Shown piece by piece: positions 15,319-27,672 of a DNA stretch of 64,000 nt. Location: NCBI GenBank assembly GCA_963693365.1, contig CAVNZM010000002.1:6957943-7021942 (forward strand). Reading direction: 5' to 3'. Position 1 is the first letter of the stretch. The number at the start of each line of letters is the position of its first letter. Position numbers and translations under genes: made by a program. The notes under the pieces are model-generated. The model was given only the letters and a program-made list of their open reading frames with translations. It was not told where the DNA came from and made no database searches. This DNA comes from Amoebidium appalachense (lineage: Eukaryota; Protista; Ichthyosporea).

Positions 15319-16067
15319 TTGGATGGGCATACACACATTTGGTGGTTGGCACGTGTGTTTGGGGAGGGGGGCGGAGGAGGGAGGGGTGGGAGGGGTTGCT
15401 TGAGCGTGATGTGAAATAGCTTGTCTTCGGTCCCCATTTTCCTTCAATGTTGCGCCGTGAATCTCTGAAGCCCCGAGTATTGCCGTTGCATGGCAACACA
15501 TCCCTTATGAGGCCCTTGTGTGTTTCAGTAATGTTTGGTGATGTTGCTATTTTTAGTATTTACAGGTGATGATATGGGCTCATATTTAACCTGCTGTTCT
15601 ATGTGTGCATCGGTGGTTGGTGTGATGCACAAGCAACAATAGTTTTTCTGAGTACCATTCATTCGTACGCGTTAGTTCTATGTATGTCTTTTTTATGAAT
15701 GTGCGGGTGTGTGTGTGGGTGTGTGGTAGTGTTGCTTTTTAGGAGGTGTGTGCAGTGTGTGCAGTGTGTGCGCGTGTGCGCGCGTGGGTGTGTACGTATA
15801 TCTGTGTGTGTGTGCGCACCTGTGTGTGTGCAAGTGTGTGTGTGTGCATGTATGCATGTATGCGTGTGGGTGTGTATGTGCGCGTGTGCCTGGCGCTCTA
15901 TGTTGAGAATTCCAGATGCAGTTGGGATTGATACGTTGTCTGTGTGCAGAGGAGACGGAGTGATGGGACCAGTGTGAGTGATGAGAGCATAGAGCTGGTC
16001 GATGTGCCCTCAGGGTCGGCATCACCGGGCAAGGAGGTGTGTGTGTGTGTGTGCGTTGTGCGTGTGC

Positions 16068-16145
<78 letters not shown>

Positions 16146-16159
16146 GCGTGTGTCTGTCT

Positions 16160-16212
<53 letters not shown>

Positions 16213-16921
16213 GGGGAGAATGAGTGGGTGGTCCGGTGGCTGTGTGTGTGTTTTTCTTCTTCGCTTTTTTTTTTGGGTGTGTGTGTGCGTGCGTGCGTGT
16301 GTACGCATGCGTGTGTCATTGCGTGGGTATTTGGGGGTGTGTGATTGTGTGTGTGTGTGTGTTTTGGGGTGGAGGGGAGGTGGAGCGGGGGAGAGGGGGA
16401 GGGGGGGGGGGGGGGGGGGGTTGCTGTGGAGGACTGCGTGACGACGTGGCAGATAAATTGAATTATCAAGTTGTCTTCGGGAAGATGATGTTTTTTTTTC
16501 TTTCCTTTTTTTTTTTGTGGGGGAGGCAGGGGAGGGAGGGGGGGGGGGGGGGCTAGAGAGAGTGAGAGAGATTGACAGAGGGGCAGGCTGAGGGAAGGAG
16601 GGGGGGTATGGGAGAGAAAGAAAGAGAGGGAGGGAGGTTGGGTGAGTGGGAGTTAGATATTGAGGTGCTTGTGTGCGTGTTGGGTAGAGAGAGAGAGAGT
16701 AGAAGACCGATAGAGGTTAGAGAATGAGGGAGAGGGTGAGAATGGGTGGAAGGGGCTGGGGGGGGGAGGAGAGGGGGGGGGGGGGGGGGAGAGGGGAGGG
16801 GGAGGGGGAGGGAGAGGGGGGCAGGGAAAAGCGGCAAAGGGAACACAGAAGGAGAGAGGGGGAGGAGACGGATGGTGGTGTCGATGGATGGGTGGATGGC
16901 CGGGTGGGTGGGTGGGTGGTT

Positions 16922-16996
<75 letters not shown>

Positions 16997-17005
16997 TGGG
17001 GAGGG

Positions 17006-17048
<43 letters not shown>

Positions 17049-17410
17049 CTTCTTGGGACGTGGGCACAGAGAGAAGTAAAATGAGTGGTAGACAGTTCTG
17101 TTGCACAAGGTGGGATATGGTTTTGTTGCTGTTTAGTTGCTGGCATCTTTGTCTCAGGCCATTGTTTATTTTCAAGGTCATTATCATTAGATATCATTAG
17201 ATTATGATTAGATTTTTAGAAGGAAAATTTTAAATTTTTAGAAGGAAATTTTTAAATTGGTTTGGGTGGGCAGTACCTGGAGGCACCCCCCAGTCGGGAC
17301 ACCAGCCGGCCGGCATCCTCAGCCGGGTTCTCTTCCCCCCGTATGTCACGTGACCGGCCCACTAGACCGACCACCCCAGAGTCTGCGCTGCACCAGGTGG
17401 GTGTCTGCAT

Positions 17411-18370
17411 GCACCCATATATGGCAATGCGCCAAATGTGCCATATATGGCAATGTCCAAATGCGCCCATACATGGCAATACTCCTTAATGCGCCCATAT
17501 ATGGCAATGCACAATTTGCCCCCATAAATGGCAATGCTCCTATGTCAATGCTCCAAATATGCCATGTATGGCAATACTACTAATGCGTGCATGCATAATT
17601 GTCCAAATATGGCGGTTTTCTGTTGTGGCAATATAGACCGGACCGCGGCGGCCGGCGGCTCAGATCGACCGAATAAAATGAAGCATAGCGATCATAGGAA
17701 AGACACATGTAGTTGACCTTTTTTTCAATTTATTACCTTCTATTGCAGCCAGAACCCATTATATGCTTAATATAAAATACGCAGGAGGCAAAGACGCTTA
17801 TTTTGATACCTTCACATACCTTCACATACTGAGCGCAAGACGAAGCCGCAAACTTTCGTATAGTAGAACGGTGATAAATACCCCCTTTATAGTAGCGTTT
17901 GAAAGTTTGAGTTTCATATCAGTATTGACCAAGCAAATAGCTTAGCTCAAATTCATAGTCTCCCCCCGATGCATCGACCGTCGCTGATCAGACTGACCGT
18001 GAGGAGGCCGCTGGCGGCGGCCTGGCGTACTACAAAACCAAGTCTTACTTAGAGAAAAACAAGGGTTTTTCTTCGCGCCAAGGACCAATTCGTAAAAAAA
18101 AAAAAAACTGCGTTTCCTTGTGGACATTTAGAGCTCAGCATTGTTAGGCTTATACTAGGTTTAGAGGGCTGATATTTATGGATGAAAGTGGATCCGGGCC
18201 CACTTGCTATATTCAGGACACTACGTTTTATTCCGCGATGTGGCTCACGGTCAGGTCTATATGGCAATGCTCCAAATGCACTCATGTATGGGATTGCTCC
18301 AAACACAATGCAATGCTCCAAACACACCCATATCAGGCAATGCTCCAAATTTCCCCATATATGGCAATAG
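17411..18370 (+). repeat. Degenerate ~25-28 bp satellite (CCCATATATGGCAATGCTCCAAAT…) split by a MITE
   Basis: Repeated ATATGGCAATGC units at 17411-17632 and 18259-18370, both in the same orientation. Confidence 0.75.
17635..18258. mobile_element. ISL2EU-like MITE
   Basis: Termini AGACCGGACCGCG … CACGGTCAGGTCT (11/13 inverted match) flanked by an AT duplication (17633-17634 and 18259-18260). It interrupts the satellite. Confidence 0.6.
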
Positions 18371-18608
18371 TCCTGCGCTTAGCTGTGGTCTTCATCGTCT
18401 GCTTGCCTCTTCTTTGTGTTCTATCAGTGATCGTGTTTCGTAGGTGAACTATGCAAAGAATCGCAAGTAGGCGCCACAGCAATGACCCCCCCCCCCCCCC
18501 CCCCCCCCATATCAATTTCCGCACACCTGCATGTGTGGTCCTTCCATGAATTTTGTACTCAGCACTATGTAATCCATCCACACTTCGCTGTCCCCCCCCC
18601 CCCCCCCC

Positions 18609-18639
<31 letters not shown>

Positions 18640-18972
18640 AAACACCTTAAAAAAAAAAAAACCAACCCCTCTCTACCCCCCCCCCCCCCCCTTCCCCCCA
18701 TCCCACGCACCAAAACCGGTAAATCTCACGATATGTATCTCTGCTCACACATTTCTACACATCTCGGATACGTGAGCAGCAGCGGCCCCCTGCGTCGGCC
18801 ACCCCCCCGGCCCTACCACCCACACGGGCCCAGGCGTTTCTGCCTGCTCCCACAACACACAGGGTAGGTCCCGTACCTCAACATGACCCCTAAGTATTTG
18901 CTTATAAAACACATCAAAGGGCCTTCCATCTTCTAGAACATTAGAATCGGGAGTTGGGGGATGTGTGTGTGT

Positions 18973-19003
<31 letters not shown>

Positions 19004-19139
19004 GGGGGGGGGGGGATGTTTGCCTGTTAGGCGCATGTGACGGCTCCTTTACCTCTTCTGCTCCTGCCCTTTCATCACTCTTTGCATCTTCTTGAGGGCT
19101 ACTGCTTTATCAAACACCTACCATCTGGCATAGCTCCCA

Positions 19140-19178
<39 letters not shown>

Positions 19179-19182
19179 CCCC

Positions 19183-19281
19183 CATGGCTGATGCTGCATA
19201 CTTGAATGTTTGCCTTTGCATGTGTCCTGCATCATGCTTCTCATCGTCTATGCGTACTTCGTACTGTGTTCCGCATTCAAA
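19183..19281 (+). mobile_element. Poly-C-associated retroelement 3' end, family B (short)
   Basis: CATGGCTGATGCTGCATACTTGAATGTTTGCC…CCGCATTCAAA-CCCCCC, preceded by a long C-run. Confidence 0.8.
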
Positions 19282-19596
19282 CCCCCCTCCTTCTCCTCCT
19301 CCTCCTCCTTCGGGAGGAAGGAAATGGGCTCAATTGTGTTGCATACATGCACCTTTTTTGTTTGCATTCTGCATATCTGCGTTGTGTTTTCTGTATTGAA
19401 ATATGGACTGGATACTGCGAAAGCACCTGAAATTCGTTACTGCGGGTGTAGTTTTTCGAACGTCGTCCTTTCGGATGTGAACATCCCCCCCCCCCCCCCC
19501 CCCCCCCCCCCCTGTCCCCCCGCTCTCGCTTCGGATCCCTCCACCACAACCTTCGTGTCACCACGTCCACCACATCCATTACCCATCCCCCCCCCC

Positions 19597-19627
<31 letters not shown>

Positions 19628-19679
19628 ACACACACCACCACCACCATCACTTTTGCCACAAGAGCTGACTAGATCCCCC

Positions 19680-19714
<35 letters not shown>

Positions 19715-21055
19715 ACCACCACCACCACTCAGCCACGGGCCAATTCTCCCACAACACTCTCAACAGCGTCAAATCCAAGCGGGGCGGCCGGGGGCTCAAT
19801 CCGTCTTCCCTCGGTGCCTGATGTCATCCGGTAAATATTGGGGAATCTTCGGGTAATCCGTTTGTAATGTGCACATGGCCGTAGGAATCTGTAAGTAGCT
19901 GTTATACGTTGCGCACGGTGCAAAAGTTCAGGAATGGTGAAGCGATGTGATAAGCTTTAGCACTATGTAGAGCTGCCTACTATTTTTTTCATTTCTTTTT
20001 AACCTCCATTTTTAATATCTCGAAGGGGCTGGTTCCCCGCACGGTGTATGTAACTACTGAATGACATCAACTCGGGAGTTAACTCGTCGAATACACTGTC
20101 CTGCTTGGGCCGTGCAAGATTCAAGTGATGCTGTGAAATGCCATGTTTTTTGGACATTGTGGGTGTGCGCGACAAGTGGGCACACCAATGACAATTGGAT
20201 GTTATAACTCCCAAGTCATCGCATGTGTTACAGGTGGTTCAGATGTGTATATTCGTCAGAACAGATTGAAATAGACACATGTACAGATATGTTGCCCCAC
20301 CCCCTCCCTTCCCCATCAATTGAGTCTAATATTAGACACACACTTTCACAGTTTGTCAGACTGATAAAATGCGCCCCGGAGAGTCTCTCGTAATTCATAT
20401 TCGCATCGGGGGGGAGGGGTGGTGGAAGAGGGAGGGAGGGTATGTGCTCTTCATTAACGACATGTATGTAAGCTGAGAGGAGGTGCAGGCACCAAGGCCA
20501 ACAGTACTTCCACCCGACAAGTTACACAATAGCGCCATATGGGTAAAAAACGTCGTTACAATTTATGATTTTCGCATGTTAAAGTTACTACTTAAGCTAA
20601 TTAGCCTGCAATCCTCATGAAATAACCGCCGGAGCTAGTCAGAAGTGGAACATTTGCGTACGTTGTATGTATGGTAATGGTTGGGTTGTTAATGTTCTGT
20701 CGTTTGCGGAAGGGGCGACAAGAAGGGGAGGGCCGGGGAGGGGGAGGGGCGGAGGGATGGGGGGGGGAGGGGGGGGAGGACGGGGGGGGGAACGACGGCG
20801 CTCGGCGAATATATAGCGAAGACAGTACAGTAGCCTACACTGTGATCAAGATCTAGAAATTTTGAAAGAGGCCATCATGCGTGCGCATGCACAGAAGAGT
20901 GCGCGTAACTCCATTAGACGGACTTTGCCTAGCAGGCCCCAAGTGAGCGTAACTCCACTAGAAGGACTTTGCCTAGCAGGCCAAGTGACTCCTCCGCCCA
21001 TCATGCCAGGAAAAAGGGAAAACTGGTGCTACCCTCAATTCCCAAGCTCCTAGGG

Positions 21056-21217
21056 TGTGACGTAATATTTGGCACGAAATTTATTTGGCACGAGCCTGCA
21101 AAACGGTGAAAATGGGGCAGGATGTCGCCCAGGCACCGACAGGAGCTTGGGGATACCCCTGGATGTGCTCCGCTAGCGGGCTGGTGCCAAATAAATTCGT
21201 GCCACATTTTACGTCAC
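21056..21217. mobile_element. Small MITE / foldback element
   Basis: Imperfect inverted repeat GTGACGTAATATTTGGCACGAAATTTATTTGGCAC … GTGCCAAATAAATTCGTGCCACATTTTACGTCAC. Additional GTGCCAAAT units follow to about 21260. Confidence 0.65.
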
Positions 21218-21686
21218 CAGGTTCGTGCCAAATTATTTGGTGCCAAATTTATTTGGGGCATAAATGGGTCGGTTCGAACTATTATGGGTCGAATCAGCTC
21301 GAATCGTTCCTGACCCGTTTTCTGACCCGTTTTTGTGGCTCATCGTTGGTGGCGTCTGATTCGAGGAATAAACTCGAAAGGCGGGCTAAGCAAGACCACG
21401 TCAACCACGTGCAGGTGGTGGCGTACTTGAACGGGCAGTCACAGCCTGGACTGGCAGTTGACAGGTGTGACACAGCGCTAGCATCCTTATCATATTGCAG
21501 TAGGCTCATATAAAAATAATAAAAACAGACAACACCCTTTAATGCTCGATCATAACTGACAGTACATATTTTGTGTGAGCATGGGTTACAAACATGCTCG
21601 CGTCCGCATTGGACGTGGGCAAGGCCATTGGGCTTTGCTGAGGATTCTCGTTCATGTTATCCTCGCCTTTTGTCTTTTGGCTGCAG

Positions 21687-21934
21687 CGGGTTCAACAAAC
21701 AACCCAGATGGGGTGAACAAAAAAGTCATTAAGGAAAACAAATCTTGGTCTAAAGATCATGCCAAGCTGGAACAGTCATTCGTTGCACGGTACATTGATT
21801 ATTGCATAGCGGATCATGAGGACTCTGTCGAAGCTGGCACGTGCCCTCCCCAGCCCTTCCTCAGGGATTGGGTGTGGCATCAAACCCGTCATGGCGGCCG
21901 GATAGATGCATCTACAGCGGAGGGAGTCCATCAG
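21687..21934 (+). CDS. Putative upstream exon of the OTU-CXC gene; possible transposase catalytic-E-like motif
   Basis: AG/GT-bounded exon GSTNNPDGVNKKVIKENKSWSKDHAKLEQSFVARYIDYC…HQ. TNNxDGxN resembles the Mutator-type TNNxEGxN motif. The phase link to the downstream exons is unresolved. Confidence 0.4.
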
Positions 21935-21940
21935 GTGATT

Positions 21941-21971
<31 letters not shown>

Positions 21972-22498
21972 CCCCCCTCTCTCCCCACCACCCCCTGCCT
22001 CTTTTCCACTTTTTCTCTCCCCTCCCCTGTCTCTCTGTTCTGGGCCTTACAGGTGGTTCCTCCGTTTTAGAAGTTGTTTTTTATGTAATACGTTAGGTGT
22101 GTCCTTTTGCATCTTGTGGATACCAATGCCTTCACCGCTCAGGCCTTCCCTTGCACTTAATCTTATGGACCTTTGTGCCTCTCCCATGATCTGTTTGGCA
22201 TGGCATGCTGCCTTTTCTGCTTTGGCTTGCCTCTTATATGTTGCTATCACCCGATAGGGTATGTGTGGCAACGTGTTCCATATGTTTTGTGTGACCATTC
22301 TGTGCAGTGTACCCACTTAAAGCCCACTCCTCCGCTTTTCCCCCTTCCCTCCCTTCCCCTTTAAGCATACAATTAGTCAAGAGGCAGTACAGGATAGTGG
22401 GTAGAGAGTTTCTGTGTGTCACGGTGTATGCCTGTGGGTGTGTGCTTGTCTGTGTGTGTATGTGCCTGTGTGTGTGTAGTGAGTGTGTGTGTGTGTTG

Positions 22499-22547
<49 letters not shown>

Positions 22548-23083
22548 TTGTGTGTGTAATGTGGGTGGGTGGGTGGGTGGGTACAGAGAAGGGGGAGAGG
22601 GGGGGGGGGGGGGGGGCGTGTATGTGTGTGCCTGTGTGTGTATGTTAAAGACAGGGGAGGGGGGGAAGGGGGAGAGGTCAGGGTAGGGAGAAAGGGAGGG
22701 AAGGATGGGTGGGTGGGAGGGTTGGAGGGAAGGAGGGAGGGGGAGAAAGGGTAGAGGGAGGGATGGCGGAAAAGACAGAAAGAGAGGGGCAAAGAGAGGA
22801 GGGCAGTCGGTAAAGAGGAAGGGCGGGAGGGTGGGACGGAGAGGGAGAAGGGGGAAGTGGAGAATTAGGGCAGGGGGGGGGGGCCGAGAGCAAGAGGGGG
22901 GGTGGGGAGGGTGTGGGCGGTGTGTGTGTGTGTATGTGTGTGTGTATGTATGTTGTGTGTGTGTGTGGGGGGGGGGGGGGGGGGGGGGGGTTGGATGGGG
23001 GATTCGGTTGGGAGTGGGTTCTTTATAGACCTGGCAACCATTGACCAGCTATTCTCTCACCCTGTCTTTGTGTTCACTCTGCA

Positions 23084-24449
23084 GCTTATGGCAATAATGG
23101 CAACCGTTCCTTGCCTGAGTGTGGTATGGAGGTTGGGTCTTTCGACAGTGATGGCTCTGACGATGACGATGAGGGGTCAAGTGACGAGAGCCCCGGTTCA
23201 TTCAACGTGTCAACATGTGTGCGCCTAGCAGGCCGCAAGCTTAACGCCCGGCGTGCGATGCGCAAGCTGATTGGGTCTGTGCACAGCTCCGAAGGGTTTG
23301 CTTTAGCAGCACAGGACCCGGATCATCTGCTCTTCACTCTAGTGTTCTTTGACGAGGCCGTGGCAGCAGACATACAGCTTGCCAGGTGCTTCCTGCCGAA
23401 CCCCCCCCCCCCCCCCCCCCCCTTCCCCTCCAACGCCCCCCGCTCCTCCCTCTCGCCTCTCCCCCCCCTTTCCCTGCAGGGCCTCCTCCCCTTTCCCCCA
23501 TCCCCCTTCCCCCTCCCCCCCCCCCCCCTCCCCCCCCTCCCCCCCCCCCCCCGCCCCCTTTTCTGCATCCCCCTCCCCCTCTCCTCCTTCCCACAATTCT
23601 TCCTCCCAACTGCTCCACCTCCTTACTTCCTTGCACGTATCAATCCATCTCTCCTTCCAACCCAAGTGACACCAGTTTTTTGTCAGACAACCTGCCTCCC
23701 CAGGCCCACTTATTATGCCTGTCCTGTTCCCCTCCCCCCCCCCCCCCTCTCCCCCCTCAGGAGGGCCTCTGCCCATTCGTCCCTCCTTTTCAAGTCCTCC
23801 ATTACCTCTTACCTCCCCTAATTCTCATTATTCTCTAATAGTATACCTATATCTTCCATCCTACCTTTTTGGAAGCTCCCTGCTTCTCTTCCACCTATTT
23901 GAAAGCATCTGCATCTACCCCCCCCAGGGGAATAGGTCGAAACTCGGGTACTGTGGATGACGTGGGCCCCCCCTGAGGATGGGCTCTGCTTATTATGCAT
24001 ACTCTTTATGTATGGCTTGCATTCTGCATCGTGTTATCCGTTTGTTCTTGTGTACTTCGTACTTTTTGACGCATTCAAAACCCCCCCCCCCCCCCCCCCC
24101 CCCGTTCATAGCCCCTCCTTCATCAGTACTCCCTTACACCTGCCCGGCCCCCTTCAGAGTGCCTAACCCCCTCCCCCCACACACACACACCCCTCCCCTT
24201 TCACACACCTGCACACACGAACGCACCCATGCATGCACGCATGCACCCTCCCTCGCAGCCACGAGCGCACACACTCTTATTCACTTATAGAATTGTTAAT
24301 AATCTAATGCCCCCCCCCCCCCCCCAACCCCCCCCCCCCAACCCCAACCCACCCACACACGCACACACACACACACGCCAAGGTTTCCCTTGTTCTGCTC
24401 CTCGGCCTTTCCGCCTTCCCCATAATCTGTCTTTCTCTCTCTTCCCCCC

Positions 24450-24483
<34 letters not shown>

Positions 24484-26980
24484 ACCAATCCCACCCCACT
24501 GTCACCCACCCCACCACCACTGCCCTACGTCACCCTCCCACTTCTTGTCTTTGCTTATTCTTCCTTGTGATGTGCAACACAGGGACATATCCGGGCCACC
24601 TGAGGTCCAGCAACAACGCCTTCTTCAAATTCTGGGTGCCTGGAGAATGGAGCTTATGGAAACACCCGCTGACGGCAACTGTTTGTTTCATTCGGTGTGG
24701 CATTATATCAATCAGTATCTACAAAGCGGTCATGTAGCTACCCGTGAACACCTCAACACATTGGGGTTTACAGCTAATATGGAGCCTATAGAGGCGATTG
24801 GACGGCTACGCGAACTAATGGTAAACGAATGGCGGCGAAATCTAGCAGAATACCAAGGATTCCTTTCAAGGGTGACCCTCGCATACGTAGCTGATGATTT
24901 CCGCTGTCCTCGGCGCGCCCATTTTGCTTCTGCAGCCGGTGACGCGATGGTGCTGGGCTTAGCCAACGCACTCCGCATACCAATAACCATTTTTAGCACG
25001 ATTGCCAATCACGGTGTAGTTGCGGTCACTCCACCCACCGTCATCGAACCCAACATTGCCATACCCGTATCACTTAACGGTGCAGCAGATCATTACTCAG
25101 TGGTAATACCTCGCTTGTCGCATGCGAACAAAATCTCGGACAACAACCAAACACAGACATCACACTCAGTTGACACGGAAAACTCGACGGAGTTGGCGTC
25201 TAACGCTAACACAACTGACACGTTCGGTGGGTTGCCCGCCAAGGGCTGCAGCTGTAATAGAAACAGTAAGGATAGAACACGTTTTTTTTGTGGTTTTAAG
25301 AACGGCGGGGGAAAAGTGCAGGCATACGATGGGCATGAGCGTTGCATATGCGCAAAGAACAAGCGGGCATGCACCCAGGCATGCAGGTGTGAGAATTGTG
25401 GCAACAGGTGAGCCGTATGATATGCATTTGCTACTTTTCTTCTTTTGCATCCTCTATTTGCCCACACTTGGTACTTTATAATCGAAACCTTAACTTGGCC
25501 AAATCCAGGTATTTCTGCTTGTCCCTCTCTTTATTCCCCCCCCCCCCTTTCCCCCCCTCTCCCTCCCCCCCCCCCCCCCCCCCCCCCCGGGAGGGGAAAG
25601 AAAAGCCCCCTCTCCCAATCCCCTCCCCCTCCTGTATCCGTCGTTTCATGATGTCTAACCCCTCCTCCTCCCCCCCCACCTTCCCCACTGCTCACCACCT
25701 GCACACCCGCACACCATACACAAACTTAAACACACACACGCATGCACGTGTGCACGCACACACACAGCCCCTCCCCCCCCCCCCCCCCCCCCCCCCAAAC
25801 ACACACACACACACACACACAATGCATCCGCGCATCATGGTCCATGCATACACGTGTGTGGATAGATGCACAGGTGCACGAATCCACGCACGCACGCACC
25901 CACAGAGCACGTGTGCGCACGCACACACAAACACACATGTGTACACGTGCGCGCGCATTCACACGCACACACAAACGCACATACACATGCAGTCATGGAC
26001 AGCGGCCAGAGCCAAACCGTCCAGGTCGCCCGTCTACCATGCAGTTGCATTTATGCGGCGAAGGGGGGAACCTTTCCCTGAGAAGTGGTGATGGGTCCAA
26101 CACCACCCATACGGCCAACACAACAGCCACCAGGGGCAAGGCCACTGCCACGGTTCCAACGCAAAGGCGGCGCGCACGATTCACGCAAACACGAACCACA
26201 GATCAGAATGGTTTGGAGTATTATGTGTCTGTGGGCGAGGAGGTACGTTCGGGTAGATGGTCGGATGCGGAGACCGCGTTGATTGAAAGTATTGTTATTT
26301 CGCTTGCGGAACAAAAGTTGCCGGCAACAGAGGAGGACATATTTGCACATTACCATGCAGCATTGGAGGGCAACGAGGAGGGTGTGGGGCTGGATGCCAT
26401 CCTTTCCAAAACATTGAAACAAATCAAGTCAAAAATAGAACACATTGAGAAGGAAAGACGTTTGCGTAGTCAGGTGGCCGCCGAGGTGAGGGAGGAAATC
26501 GCGAGGGCTAAGGAAGCCGCTGCTAGGACAGTTACGGAGAAAGCAAGCGAGAGAGCACGAAACACGAAACGTGGGCTGAAGTCACAGAGTAATTCACAGA
26601 CTGCCCCGTCAAAGAAGGCCAAGCCCAGCGGCCTTTCACGTGCAAGCACCAACACAGGTGTTGCCCCTCAGGAGCATGATCCCACCAGTTCGTCAACCGA
26701 TTCGGCGGATGAATTCCAAAGCACCCAACAGTCTGGGGTGATTCCCCCTAGCCAGCACCCGCACCATCCGCAAGCGTTCCACCCCAGTTATTATCACACA
26801 TACCCGAGCACGATAGCCAGTGCACAATGTAGCGTCTGTCAACTGACTTTAGCAATCCCTCCCCATCTGTGTCATACTTACATGCAATGCTGTAGGTGCA
26901 AGGCCATGTTGTATGCTCTGGTCACCGCTTTTGGCATCCGCCTGCTCAGTTTTAGTGTCACGGATAATAGGTGGAAGTGA
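23084..26980 (+). CDS. OTU-like cysteine protease + CXC Cys cluster + Myb/SANT-like + Zn-ribbon protein (probably transposon-derived)
   Basis: Phase-consistent exons 23084-23385, 24583-25407 and 25993-26980. Motifs: TPADGNCLFHSV…LRELMVNEW…DHYSVV (OTU Cys/His), GCSC…C…RCIC…ACTQACRCENCGN (CXC), GRWSDAETALI…KTLKQIKSKI (SANT-like), CSVC…CCRC. Confidence 0.75.
23926..24080 (+). mobile_element. Poly-C-associated retroelement 3' end, family A
   Basis: AGGGGAATAGGTCGAAACTCGGGTACTG…TTTTTGACGCATTCAAAA between two C-runs, in an intron of the OTU gene. Confidence 0.85.
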
Positions 26981-27526
26981 GCCAATCCCTCCACGTAGTT
27001 TTTTATTTTTCTAATTGTTATTGTGGCTGCCAGCTGCTTTGGGGTCAGGTGGCAAACGTAGGGCATGTCTAGTAGGTTCGATTAGTATGGGATTTGGCAT
27101 CATGATGCCAAGACTTAGTCAATACAGTAACTTAAGAATCAGTTTGTTAGGTGTTAGTTGTAACATTTAACTTCCAGTAATGTTCAGCATGTCAGAGTGG
27201 TAGTTTATGATTGTAATGTTACTTACAGTTTAACTGTAATGTCACGGTGTATGTAGAGTATGCTGTCACATTCAATGCACACACACGGCACACACACATG
27301 AACATGCACACACGCAACCACATACACGTCAAGCACACACTACGTATACATCCATGCATGCGACATTCGCCTTTTTAATACCTATGATATCATTACGTAG
27401 TCAAAATACCATAATAATAATGTGTAGAAGTGATTGCAGGTCAGTTTCACATGCTGCAGCTGTTTTATTAATAATGACACCGTAAATTAATGGCAAGCAC
27501 ACTGCAGACTCGGACTTCCCCCCCCT

Positions 27527-27567
<41 letters not shown>

Positions 27568-27574
27568 AAAAAAA

Positions 27575-27605
<31 letters not shown>

Positions 27606-27622
27606 TTCCCACCTCGAAATTT

Positions 27623-27672
<50 letters not shown>

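Noticed and set aside
25410-25430. GAGCCGTATGA resembling group II intron domain V
   Set aside because: No complementary arm is present; it is simply the donor of a spliceosomal intron.
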